Positions 10,485-19,404 of a stretch of DNA of 64,000 bases are shown here, in pieces. The DNA comes from an uncultured Gemmatimonadales bacterium (GTDB lineage: Bacteria; Gemmatimonadota; Gemmatimonadetes; Longimicrobiales; Longimicrobiaceae), in assembly GCA_963716255.1 (NCBI GenBank), contig OY970303.1, forward strand, positions 3,328,001 through 3,392,000, read 5' to 3'. A program made the position numbers and the translations under genes. Position 1 is the stretch's first letter. The number at the start of each line of letters is the position of its first letter. The notes under the pieces were generated by a model. It did not search any database. It was not told the DNA's origin and was given only the letters and a program-made list of their open reading frames with translations.

Positions 10485-11396
10485 GTGCTCTCGTTTCCCG
10501 TCCTGGGCAGGGAGCTCTCGGTCCAGGGGGGATCGGCGGAGCTGGAGGGTTGGATCCGTGACCACTGGCTGTTCCCGGAGCACGCGCCCGGGCCGCACGC
10601 CTACGCCGTGCGGGTCGACGAGGTGGACGAGCCGCCGTGGTGGGACGCGGGTTCCCCCGTGGAGGAGGTCCAGCTCCACCGGGTCGGCCTGCCGTGCCGC
10701 GCCGGCCCGGCCGGGTGGACCTTCGGGAGCGAGAGCGCCGGCGTCGGGCTCCGGGTGGGGCCGCGGGAGAGCCGCGTCGCGGTGTGGGGGGCGGAAAGGG
10801 CCGAGCACCACGGCGTCGTCCTCGCGGGCCTGTTCCTCGCGCTGAGCGAGGCCCTCCGGGCCAGCGGGCTGGTGCCCCTGCACGGAGCCGTGGCCGTGCA
10901 GGACGGCGAGGCCACGCTCTTCGCAGGCCGGAGCGGAGTGGGAAAGAGCACGACCCTGGTGCAGGCGATCCGCGCGGGGTGGGAGCCGCTGGCCGAGGAC
11001 TTCGCCTGGCTGGACCCGGACGCGCTGGTCGTCTACGGGTGGGACCGGGGGCTGCGCCTGTGGCCCGAGGCGCGGGAGCGTTTCGCGCCCCAGCTGCCCG
11101 CCCGCCTCTTCCGGACCGACGCGGACGGCAAGCTCTTCCTCGCCTACGACCGGCTCGCCCGCCCGCCCGCCCGCAGGGCGCCGCTCGGGCGTCTGGCCGT
11201 CCTGGAGCGCGACCCGGCGCGCGCGTCGGGCTGGGCGCCGCTGGAGGCGCGGAGCGCCGTCCGGGCCTGGTGGGAGGCGGCGGGCGTCCCGCTGCACCCG
11301 GGGACGCGGGCGCGCCTCGCGGGGCTGATCCCCGGTCTGCTCGCCCGCACCCGGGCGTCCCGCCTCGTCCTGGGCGCCGGGCCGCTTCCGCTCTAG
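10485..11396 (+). CDS. HPr-kinase-like P-loop kinase
   Basis: LHGAVA, GRSGVGKSTT, GW..LAEDF. Confidence 0.8.
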   Translation: MLSFPVLGRELSVQGGSAELEGWIRDHWLFPEHAPGPHAYAVRVDEVDEPPWWDAGSPVEEVQLHRVGLPCRAGPAGWTFGSESAGVGLRVGPRESRVAVWGAERAEHHGVVLAGLFLALSEALRASGLVPLHGAVAVQDGEATLFAGRSGVGKSTTLVQAIRAGWEPLAEDFAWLDPDALVVYGWDRGLRLWPEARERFAPQLPARLFRTDADGKLFLAYDRLARPPARRAPLGRLAVLERDPARASGWAPLEARSAVRAWWEAAGVPLHPGTRARLAGLIPGLLARTRASRLVLGAGPLPL

Positions 11397-12721
11397 GGCT
11401 GGCCGGTGTCCAGGTTGACGGCGTAGAGCCGCCGGTTGTGGGGCTCGGCCAGCTCGTACAGGACCTGTCCGTCCAGCTCCACCCAGGCGTGTCCCACCAC
11501 TTCGCCCGCGTCCCGGCGCACCCCGCTCACGAAGGCCACCGGCCAACCCTGCCGCCGCAGCGCCACGTAGATGGCGAGCGAGCGGACCAGGCAGTCCCCC
11601 CGCGGGTTGCCCCCCGGGAGGAGGCGCACCGTCCACTGGATGCTGCGCACGGTCCTCCAGCGCCGCTTCATGGATCCCGCCGTCCGGGGCGAGCCGGACG
11701 GGGTGAGGGTCCGCAGCAGCTCGTGGACGTCCGGGCCGCGCCGCAGGGCCGACCGCGCCTCCCGCACGGCGGACAGGGCGGCAGGCATGTGGACGGCCAT
11801 CCACGGAGCCCAGCCCAGGAGCTTGACGGCGTCCTCGCCCCGGCCCAGTGGGCCCCGCTCGGGGAAGACCGCCCGGTCCCACCGGCGCAGCGCGGCGGCC
11901 GGCGGCGGCGCCAGCTCCAGGATTCCGGCCGCGGGGTCGCAGCGCTCCAGGAAGATCCGCAGCGTGCGCACGGCCCCCAGCTCGCGCGCCCGCTCCCACA
12001 GCTGCTCGCGGCCGATCCCCAACCGCTCGCAGAGGATCCCGAAGTCCAGCACGTCGTGCGGCTTCAGGTGCCAGTGATCCCCCCCCCAGCAGCGCTGCAG
12101 GACCAGCCCCACCAGGAGCGCGTCCACGGCGTCCATCTCCCGGACCGGCACCCCCTCCCACTCGCGCTGCCGCGAGCGGGACCAGACGGCCTCCGTCACC
12201 CGCCGCTGCACCGGGTTCCAGGGGGCCGGCCTGTGGAGGACCCACCGGTGCAGGTCCACGCAGGCGGCGCCCGTGGGCCCGTACAGCAGGCACACGGCGT
12301 GGTTGTAGGCCAGCCCCACCTCCGCCGTGTTCGCTTCCTCCCGCCAGCCGATCGCCCGCGCGATGCGTCCCGCCCGCTCCGCGTCCTCCGGGCGGACCAG
12401 GACGTCCACGTCCCCGTGGAAGCGGGCGCCGGGAACGGGATAGACGAACTCCGCCAGGTGGAAGCCCTTGAAAAGCAGGGCCGCGATCCCCGCCTCCCGC
12501 CAGGCGGCGAGCAGGGGGGCGAGCTCGCGCCGGATTTGCTCGTGGCGCGTCAGGGAGGCCAGGTAGTCGCCGCGAAGCTCCGCCTTTCCGGGGGCGTCCG
12601 GCGGGAGGGCGGTGTAGGCGTAGGCGCCGAGGCCGGCTTCGCGGAGGACCGCGGGAGGGGGCGCGGGACGGGTCCGGTCCAGCAGCCACCCCGCGAGGAG
12701 GGATCGGTCGGTTCGCGTCAT
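11393..12721 (-). CDS. Nucleotidyltransferase (NTP_transf_5-like) fused to lasso B2 transglutaminase-like peptidase
   Basis: N-terminal LFKG..LA..VYP.PG.R..GDVDVLV and VDLH; C-terminal CLVRSLA...GV....GHAWVE.DG. Confidence 0.88.
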   Translation of the reverse strand: MTRTDRSLLAGWLLDRTRPAPPPAVLREAGLGAYAYTALPPDAPGKAELRGDYLASLTRHEQIRRELAPLLAAWREAGIAALLFKGFHLAEFVYPVPGARFHGDVDVLVRPEDAERAGRIARAIGWREEANTAEVGLAYNHAVCLLYGPTGAACVDLHRWVLHRPAPWNPVQRRVTEAVWSRSRQREWEGVPVREMDAVDALLVGLVLQRCWGGDHWHLKPHDVLDFGILCERLGIGREQLWERARELGAVRTLRIFLERCDPAAGILELAPPPAAALRRWDRAVFPERGPLGRGEDAVKLLGWAPWMAVHMPAALSAVREARSALRRGPDVHELLRTLTPSGSPRTAGSMKRRWRTVRSIQWTVRLLPGGNPRGDCLVRSLAIYVALRRQGWPVAFVSGVRRDAGEVVGHAWVELDGQVLYELAEPHNRRLYAVNLDTGQP

Positions 12722-12735
12722 GCGGCTCCCGGGTG

Positions 12736-12769
12736 AAAAGCAGGGCCCGCCCATGCGGGCGGGCCCTGC
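12736..12769 (-). terminator. Intrinsic terminator between the lipoprotein and the NTase-B2 gene
   Basis: 13-bp stem GCAGGGCCCGCCC/GGGCGGGCCCTGC plus TTTT on the minus strand. Confidence 0.7.
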
Positions 12770-12865
12770 CGGTTCCTTGCATCCCATCTGCGGCGCGCCC
12801 GCGCGCGGGCCGCCGCCCGCCGCGCCGTCCGCCGTGGGGCGGGCGCCGCGGCGGGACCCGGGAGA

Positions 12866-15448
12866 CTACTTGGTCCGCACGAGCACGAACGTGGAAGTGG
12901 CCGGCGGGGCCGCGCCGCCCGACGTCACCGAGAACGACGCCGCGGAGCTGGCCCCGACCCCGAAGCGGAGGTAGCTCGTCCCGCCGTCCATGGAGTACGA
13001 CAGGGTGAGCGGAGTGCCGCTGGTGAGCGGACGGGCCAGCAGCGGGAAGCCGCCGAGGCCGCCGAAGATCGAGCGGTACTGGTAGGTCGGGTGCGTGTGC
13101 TCGGTGCCGACGCCGGCGACCGCGTCGTCGGTGTAGTTGGCGGTCACGAAGTCGCGCAGCCACACGTCCGGGTTCGCGCCGAAGGCGGCCTGGAGGTTGG
13201 CCTTGCCCGTGCCCGTGCCGTCCACGAGCGCCGACCAGAACGCGCTCTCCGTGCCGCCCTTGCGGTCCGCGGCGTAGCGCAGGAAGGCCCAGGTCACCCC
13301 GGCCGCCGCGAGCGTGGGGGTGTTCTTGAACGCCCCGCTCGTGTCCGGCCGCTGGAGCCACGAGCGGAAGTTGGTGAAGTTGGGGTTCAGGTAGGTGTTG
13401 AACGCCGCCACCCGCCGGCTCGCGTTGGGCCCGGTGTTCAGGGAGGAAAGGGCGATGTTGCTCCTGGGCGTGAGCCCGACCGAGGCCCGGAAGAAGATCA
13501 GCTCCTCGGCGACCCGGCTCATCCCCTCGTCCAGCCACGTTTCTTCCAGCGGCGCGCTCGTGACGTGGGTGCGGCGGGACGCGTTGATGACGTGCTGGAG
13601 CTCGTGCCCGTATGCCCGGATCGCGTTCCCCCGCACGAGCGGAACGGTGCGGACGTTGGAGTTCACCGCGCCGGTCGGGTCCGGGACCATCATGTAGACC
13701 ATCTCGCCCACGTTGCTCCGGGGGCACGTTGCCTGCGCCTGAACGTCGCGCGCGACGGAGTAGGCGAAGGTGGACGCCGACGACGCGGGAGGGCTCAGCT
13801 CGTTGACGGCGCGGGTGAAGAACGCCACGACGCGGCTGTTGGTGTCGATGTCGCTGGGAGCGCCGAAGTTGGAGGTGATCGTCGGGGACGCCAGCGTGTC
13901 GATCTCCATGCGGATGCTGTCGTACTGCGCCGTCGTGAAGCCGCCGGCCGGGTTCGCCGTGTCCGCGACGATGACCACGCTCGTCCCGATGGAGACCACC
14001 CGGCCCGTGCGGTTGTCGACGGCGCCGGCGCACCCGGAGGCGACGTTGAGCGCCATGAGGTCACCCAGCGTCGGCACGCCCGGGGTGATGGCCCGGAGCG
14101 GACCGCCGGGCACGGAGCGCGAGCGGGACGCCGCGCGCGTGTTCGCCAGCGACGCGAGGCTGCGCCGCTCCCACTCGCGCAGCTGCATGTGGAACGCGGC
14201 GTCGCCGGTGGGATCCGCCGTCATGCTCGCCAGCGCCTGCCGCCCCGGGATGAGGTTGGGCGTGGGCGGCCCGGTCACGGCGGTGGTGCCGGTGCCCGTG
14301 ACGCTGAGGGACAGGCTCGAGCTCGTGGAAAGGTTCACCGGCATCAGGGTGTATTCCGCCGAGCCGGACCCGCCCTCCGCGCAGAACGCGGCCGCCTCGG
14401 CCCCGGACAGGTACAGGGGCGAGCCCACCGCGGGAGCCGCGGCCACGTCCTGCATGAACGAGGTGGGCGCGCCGCTGGTGCCGCCGGTGCGCACGGAGCA
14501 GATCGCGCGGGACGCGATGGCGCCGCCGTAGCGGCCGCCGCGGAGCACGGTGACCTGGGCGGCCGAGAGCGAGGCGGCCCGCGCCTCGAAGGCGCTTCTC
14601 CCGGCGACCGTCTGCTCCTCGGGGCTCTGGGTCACGCGGGTCTCGCTGTCGTCCACCGCCAGCGCGATCACGGAGATGGTGAACGGGTCGTCCGCCGCGC
14701 TCGCCTGCAGGGGGATCTTGTAGGCGAAGGTGAGGCGGCCGTCGTACTGGCCCGCCGCCGGATTCGCCGGCAGCGTGCGCGAGGTGTTGTCGGTGGCGTG
14801 CCGCACCACGAAGCCGTAGGGGAACTTCTCGGTCACCGCCGCGGGCGCCGTGAGGCTCGACGCCTCCGCCTCGGTGAGCGCCTGCATCACGTCGGGATAC
14901 TGGGACACCAGCTCGCCGCCCCCGCCCAGCGCCACCGCCCCCGTGGGGCGAAGCTCCTTGGCGAGGGTCGAGTCCGCGGGGGTGCCGTCCTGCTTCAGGA
15001 ACCGGCCGACCGGCGTTCCGGGGATCGCGGCGGCGGTGCCGACGGGAATGAAGGTCAGGTTCTGGCGGGGGGTGCCGTAGGCGGTGCCCGCGCCGTCCGC
15101 GTTGCGGACTTCGAACACGGCCTGCAGGTAGCGCATGCCTCCCGCGCCGCGGGTGCCCACGTCCACCGTGGTCGCGCTCGTGCGACGGATCTGGATGCTT
15201 CCCTCCGGAGTGCCGCCCGGGACGGGAGTCAGCACGTAGCTGGGTCCGCCGGCGCCGACCGGCGTGACGCTGGCGGACATCTGCGGGGTGCCCACGCCGG
15301 TCAGCGTGATCTCCACGAGCCCCAGCGTGCGGGGGGGAGCGAGCGGGGCGGTGCCCGGACCGGTCGTCTCCGTGGGATCGTCGGAACACGCGGAAAGAAC
15401 GACTCCCACGGCGGCGAGGGAGATCAGGGAGCGGAGTCGGGAATGCAT
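12866..15448 (-). CDS. Large lipoprotein with a C-terminal zinc-metallopeptidase-like domain
   Basis: Lipobox LSAC; HELQH...WLDEG gluzincin-type motif; Thr/Ala/Gly-rich beta regions. Confidence 0.8.
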   Translation of the reverse strand: MHSRLRSLISLAAVGVVLSACSDDPTETTGPGTAPLAPPRTLGLVEITLTGVGTPQMSASVTPVGAGGPSYVLTPVPGGTPEGSIQIRRTSATTVDVGTRGAGGMRYLQAVFEVRNADGAGTAYGTPRQNLTFIPVGTAAAIPGTPVGRFLKQDGTPADSTLAKELRPTGAVALGGGGELVSQYPDVMQALTEAEASSLTAPAAVTEKFPYGFVVRHATDNTSRTLPANPAAGQYDGRLTFAYKIPLQASAADDPFTISVIALAVDDSETRVTQSPEEQTVAGRSAFEARAASLSAAQVTVLRGGRYGGAIASRAICSVRTGGTSGAPTSFMQDVAAAPAVGSPLYLSGAEAAAFCAEGGSGSAEYTLMPVNLSTSSSLSLSVTGTGTTAVTGPPTPNLIPGRQALASMTADPTGDAAFHMQLREWERRSLASLANTRAASRSRSVPGGPLRAITPGVPTLGDLMALNVASGCAGAVDNRTGRVVSIGTSVVIVADTANPAGGFTTAQYDSIRMEIDTLASPTITSNFGAPSDIDTNSRVVAFFTRAVNELSPPASSASTFAYSVARDVQAQATCPRSNVGEMVYMMVPDPTGAVNSNVRTVPLVRGNAIRAYGHELQHVINASRRTHVTSAPLEETWLDEGMSRVAEELIFFRASVGLTPRSNIALSSLNTGPNASRRVAAFNTYLNPNFTNFRSWLQRPDTSGAFKNTPTLAAAGVTWAFLRYAADRKGGTESAFWSALVDGTGTGKANLQAAFGANPDVWLRDFVTANYTDDAVAGVGTEHTHPTYQYRSIFGGLGGFPLLARPLTSGTPLTLSYSMDGGTSYLRFGVGASSAASFSVTSGGAAPPATSTFVLVRTK

Positions 15449-15496
15449 TTCTGGAATCGTTTTCGGGGGGGAAGGGGAAGGGAGCGGCGGGTAAGG

Positions 15497-15697
15497 TCAG
15501 CCGAGCTTCGGCGCCCGCTCGGGATCGGCCATGAACGTCACCGGAATCGTCTGCTGAAGCGTCAGGGCGCTCCACGGTCCCAGGCACTCCAGCGCGGGTG
15601 CCGCGTACGGCTGGTGGGCCGATCCGCCGGCCGGGGTCTCGTGTGCGGGGGCCTGCCGGGTCGTCGGCGCAGGCGTGGCGACAGGGTTCGGGGTCAT
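15497..15697 (-). CDS. Putative RiPP precursor peptide (66 aa) with a lasso-type leader
   Basis: MTPNPVATPAPTTRQAPAHETPAGGSAHQPYAAPALECLGPWSALTLQQTIPVTFMADPERAPKLG; YxxPxLxxxGxxxxxT motif; found as the tail of the 15497..17437 ORF. Confidence 0.75.
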   Translation of the reverse strand: MTPNPVATPAPTTRQAPAHETPAGGSAHQPYAAPALECLGPWSALTLQQTIPVTFMADPERAPKLG

Positions 15698-16092
15698 GGA
15701 ATTCGCGTCCGGGGAAAAGTTTTCCCGGAAGCGGTGTCCTACCGCTCCCGGGATACGCAAAAGGTTTGTCGAGCGGACGAATCTAGTAGCCTGCGGCTGA
15801 ACGAGAAAGGGGGACGTTCGGCCGCGCCTGAAAAGTATCGGCAGCATGTACGCGCGGCTTGAGATGTGTTTGCAAATGGTTGCACAGAAATATTTTAGCC
15901 CTCGGGAATGGAGGATTGTCGCTGCCGGGGGAGCGGCGGACGGAGGCCGGTCCGTCCGGGTCCGCGGCGCCCCGCCGGCCGTGAGAGGGTGGTGAAAGGT
16001 TCCCGGCAGGGAACGGGACGAGGCGGCGGGCTCGTTCGAGCTCCGTCTCGCCCGTCCCGCTTCGGTGGTCCGAGATCGCGCTGCCGGGCCGC

Positions 16093-17541
16093 CTAACGCG
16101 GAGCCGCGCCGATGTCCACGACGATGCCGCGCCAGCGCCCCTGGTTGAAGCGCACCACGCTCAGCGCGCAGCGCACCGCGTGCCCGGCGAGGATCGCCAC
16201 CCAGATGTCGATGGGGTCCAGCGTGCCGGCGCGCTGGATCGCGAAGCAGATTCCCAGCGGCACGGCCACCTGCGAGACCACGGAGATGTACAGGGGGCTG
16301 CGCGTGTCGCCGGTGCCCTGCAGCCCGCCCGTGTAGGTGAGCGCCACGGCGATGAACAGGCCCGACACGCTGAGGACGCGCAGGAGCTGCACGCCGACCT
16401 CCACCGCCTCCGGCTCGTTCATCCCGAACACGGCGAGCAGCTGCCGGGGGATGACGAAAAAGAACACCCCCAGCACCGCGGCGCCCGCGAAGCCGATGCG
16501 CGCGGCCACGGCCACCCCGTCGGCCGCGCGGTCGGGCTGCCCCGCGCCCAGGTTCTGGCCGGCCACCGCCGCGGCGGCGCCCATCAGCCCCATGGCGGTC
16601 CAGGTGACCAGCGAAAAGATCTGCGAGTACGACACGGCGAACGCGGCCTGTGCGGCGGCGCTCTGCGCCAGCGAGCCGATGAAGGCGAGCATCAGCACCC
16701 CGCCCACGTTCATGGCGACCCCCTGGATCCCCGTGGGAAGGCCGAAGCGGAAGAGCGAGCGGATGACCGTCCAGTCCGGCCGCAGGCCGCCGCGGCGCGG
16801 GAACGACACCACCCACCCGCCGCCCCACAGCTTCGCCAGCGAGTACGCCGCCACCAGCCCGGAGGCGATCACCGTCCCCATCGCCGAGCCCGTGGTGCCG
16901 AAGGCCGGGATGGGTCCCAGCCCGCGGATCAGCACCACGTTCAGCACCAGGTTCAGCGCAGTCATGGCGATCCCCAGCACCATGGGGGTGCGCGCGTCGC
17001 CGGCCGAGCGCAGCGCCCCGCCCAGCATGAAGAAGACGAGCATCCCGCTGCTGAACATGAACATCACGCGCAGGAAGGGCAGCGCCTCCGTCTTCACCGC
17101 GGGGGCGGCGTTGGCCAGGTCCAGCAGGTACGGCGACAGGAACCACCCCGCCGGCGCCATGACCAGGAGCGAGATCCCGATCGCCGTGAGGAACGCCTGG
17201 TAGACGGTCCGGTCCACGCTCGCCTCGTCGCCCGCGCCGGCGAAGCGGGCCACCAGGACGCTCATGCCGGTGAACAGCGAGCTGATGAAGGCGATCACCA
17301 CCAGGAAGATCTGCCAGGACACGCCGATGGCCGCGTTCGCCTGGTAGCCCACCAGGTGGCCCACCAGCACGTGGTCCACCATCCCCTGCAGCCCGCCGAT
17401 GATGTTGGTGAGCATGGTGGGCCAGGCGAGCTTCCACACGGCCACGCGCAGCGGCCCCTCCACGATGGACCGGTCGTAGCGTCCCGCGGCGGCCCGGGGG
17501 GGCGCGGCGGAAGGCGGGACGGGCCGGGCTGTGCGGGTCAA
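16093..17541 (-). CDS. MATE family efflux transporter
   Basis: ~12 hydrophobic segments; LAWP, GALRSAGDARTPM, GQNLGAG, GTGDTRSP. Confidence 0.93.
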   Translation of the reverse strand: MTRTARPVPPSAAPPRAAAGRYDRSIVEGPLRVAVWKLAWPTMLTNIIGGLQGMVDHVLVGHLVGYQANAAIGVSWQIFLVVIAFISSLFTGMSVLVARFAGAGDEASVDRTVYQAFLTAIGISLLVMAPAGWFLSPYLLDLANAAPAVKTEALPFLRVMFMFSSGMLVFFMLGGALRSAGDARTPMVLGIAMTALNLVLNVVLIRGLGPIPAFGTTGSAMGTVIASGLVAAYSLAKLWGGGWVVSFPRRGGLRPDWTVIRSLFRFGLPTGIQGVAMNVGGVLMLAFIGSLAQSAAAQAAFAVSYSQIFSLVTWTAMGLMGAAAAVAGQNLGAGQPDRAADGVAVAARIGFAGAAVLGVFFFVIPRQLLAVFGMNEPEAVEVGVQLLRVLSVSGLFIAVALTYTGGLQGTGDTRSPLYISVVSQVAVPLGICFAIQRAGTLDPIDIWVAILAGHAVRCALSVVRFNQGRWRGIVVDIGAAPR

Positions 17542-17718
17542 TGGATCCTGGTCGCGGTGCAGGGTGAGGCAGGCGCGGAGCTCCGCCGCCGCGGTCCGCC
17601 TCCTATGTCTAACGCGTCCCCCTCCGGCTGCGCCAGGAGTCGGCCGGGGCCGGTCCCCGTACGTGTAGGTCGCGGGGGGGTGGAGCCCGGCGGTCGGCGG
17701 GGCGGGTCCGGGGGCGCC

Positions 17719-17931
17719 TCATGCATCGTCCGCGAGCGTCCACCCCCGCTCCGCGAGGGCCAGGCGGAGCTGCCCCAGCGCCTTCGGCCCCATCCCGTGG
17801 AGCCGCAGCAGCTCGGGCGCGCCCACCCGGGTGAGCTGCTCCAGCCCCGTGTACCCCGCGCCGGCGAGCGCCCGCCGCGCCGGCGCGCTCAGCCCCGCCG
17901 GCCAGCCGTCCTCCGGGCGCGCGCCGCTCAC
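17719..17931 (-). CDS. Small helix-hairpin-helix / RNAP alpha-CTD-like protein
   Basis: LSAPARRALAGAGYT.LEQL....ELLRLHGMGPKAL; GTGA overlap with the DUF899 stop. Confidence 0.8.
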   Translation of the reverse strand: MSGARPEDGWPAGLSAPARRALAGAGYTGLEQLTRVGAPELLRLHGMGPKALGQLRLALAERGWTLADDA

Positions 17932-18683
17932 GACGCGAAGTCGGGGACGGCGCCCCGCACGGCCTCCGCGCGGCCCCTGGGCTCCTCCCAGTCCTCCTGG
18001 CGCCCCAGCGCGGTCTCGTCCAGCAGGTAGTACGACCCGCCCATGGTTTCCAGGCCGCGGGCGTACACCGAATAGGTGTGGTACACCGCGTCCCCCACCC
18101 GCAGGAAGCTGCTCCGTCCGGGGCGCTCCAGGGGCTGCTCGCCCTCGAAGGGCTCGCCCATCCGCTCGTACTCCTCCTCCGTGCGGTAGTTGTATACGAT
18201 GGGCGCGACGGAATCGTCCAGGGTGACGTTGAAGTCGTAGTTGAAGTCGCTGCCGTACGACGAGTACCACGGGAACGTCCACCCCTTGAGCGCCTTGTAC
18301 GCCTCGATCTTGGCGATGGGCGCGCGGGACACGTACACGAAGGTGGTGTCGCGCTTGTTCAGGTGCTCCAGGTGCCCCCTGGACATCTCGTCCGCCCCGG
18401 CGGAGCAGGCGGGGCACCCGGCGTCCCAGTCGGGGTGGAACATGAAGTGGCCCACGATCAGCTGGCGCCGCCCGTGGAAGAGGTCCGCCAGCCCCACCCT
18501 GCCCTCCGGCCCCTCGAACACGTAGTCCCTGGTGACCTCCACCATCGGCAGGCGGCGCCGGTCGGCCACGAGCGCGTCGCGCTGGCGGGTCAGTTCCTTT
18601 TCCCGCGCCAGGAGCTCGGTGCGCGCGGCGAGCCATTCGTCCTGCGACACTACCCGCGGCAGTCCTGCTGCGATCTCGGTCAT
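17928..18683 (-). CDS. DUF899 thioredoxin-like protein
   Basis: EWLAAR.ELL.REKELTR.RD, RRRLPMV, GCPACS, GWTFPWYSS.GSDFNYDF. Confidence 0.92.
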   Translation of the reverse strand: MTEIAAGLPRVVSQDEWLAARTELLAREKELTRQRDALVADRRRLPMVEVTRDYVFEGPEGRVGLADLFHGRRQLIVGHFMFHPDWDAGCPACSAGADEMSRGHLEHLNKRDTTFVYVSRAPIAKIEAYKALKGWTFPWYSSYGSDFNYDFNVTLDDSVAPIVYNYRTEEEYERMGEPFEGEQPLERPGRSSFLRVGDAVYHTYSVYARGLETMGGSYYLLDETALGRQEDWEEPRGRAEAVRGAVPDFAS

Positions 18684-18738
18684 GTGGAGCGATCCCGGGT
18701 GATGGGGTGGGACGGGGCGGGCGGGCGCCCCGCCGGGG

Positions 18739-19197
18739 TCATGCCGCGGCGGCGGCCGCCGCCGCGGCGTCGAAGCGCAGGCGCAGCTCGGCCGCCGGCT
18801 CCGCGCCGAGGGCGGCGACCACCCGCCGGTGGGCCTGCGTCCACAGCGGGAGCGCCTCCGCCACCCGCTGCCGGCCCGCCGGCGTGAGCTGCGCCAGGCG
18901 CACGCGGCGGTCGCCGGGGAGCCGCGCGATCCGCACCAGCCCCGCCTTCGCCAGCGGCCGCAGGTTGCGGGAGAGCGTGGTGCCGTCCATGGCCAGGACG
19001 TCCGCCACGCGCCCCATGGGCGCGCCGTCCTCGCCGCACATGGCGACCGCGTTCAGCAGCGTGAGCTGCGTCGCCTGGATCCCCAGCGGCCGGAGCGCCT
19101 CGTCGTACAGCCGCGTCAGCGCGCGGGACACCCGCCGGGCGCGGAAGCAAAGGCATTCGGCGGTCATCGCCCGGGCGGCGTCGCGGTGCTCGGTCAT
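18739..19197 (-). CDS. MarR family transcriptional regulator
   Basis: CLCFRARRVSRALTRLYDEALRP.G, MD.TTLSRNL.PL, DRR.R...LT..G. Confidence 0.9.
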   Translation of the reverse strand: MTEHRDAARAMTAECLCFRARRVSRALTRLYDEALRPLGIQATQLTLLNAVAMCGEDGAPMGRVADVLAMDGTTLSRNLRPLAKAGLVRIARLPGDRRVRLAQLTPAGRQRVAEALPLWTQAHRRVVAALGAEPAAELRLRFDAAAAAAAAA

Positions 19198-19228
19198 GCT
19201 GCCTGCGCTCAGGGGGTTCGCGGAGGAA

Positions 19229-19244
19229 GCATGTATATGCATGT
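19229..19244. promoter_or_regulatory. Putative MarR operator
   Basis: Imperfect AT-rich palindrome GCATGTATATGCATGT ~30 bp upstream of the MarR start. Confidence 0.5.
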
Positions 19245-19404
19245 TTCTCCGCTCCCGCAAGGCGGGCAGCCGGCCCGGGGGCGCCGGGCCCCCCGGTGAG
19301 AGCGCGGGCGGAGGGGGCGGGATCGACAACGTGGCTGCGGGGTCTTACCTTCCCTGGTTCCCGTCCGCTCGCACCCCGTCACCGAATCCGCCGCCGGTCA
19401 ACGC

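Noticed and set aside
10203..15697. Canonical lasso peptide or PQQ cluster
   Set aside because: No macrolactam synthetase, no pqqB/C/E or radical SAM gene, and the core lacks Asp/Glu at positions 7-9.
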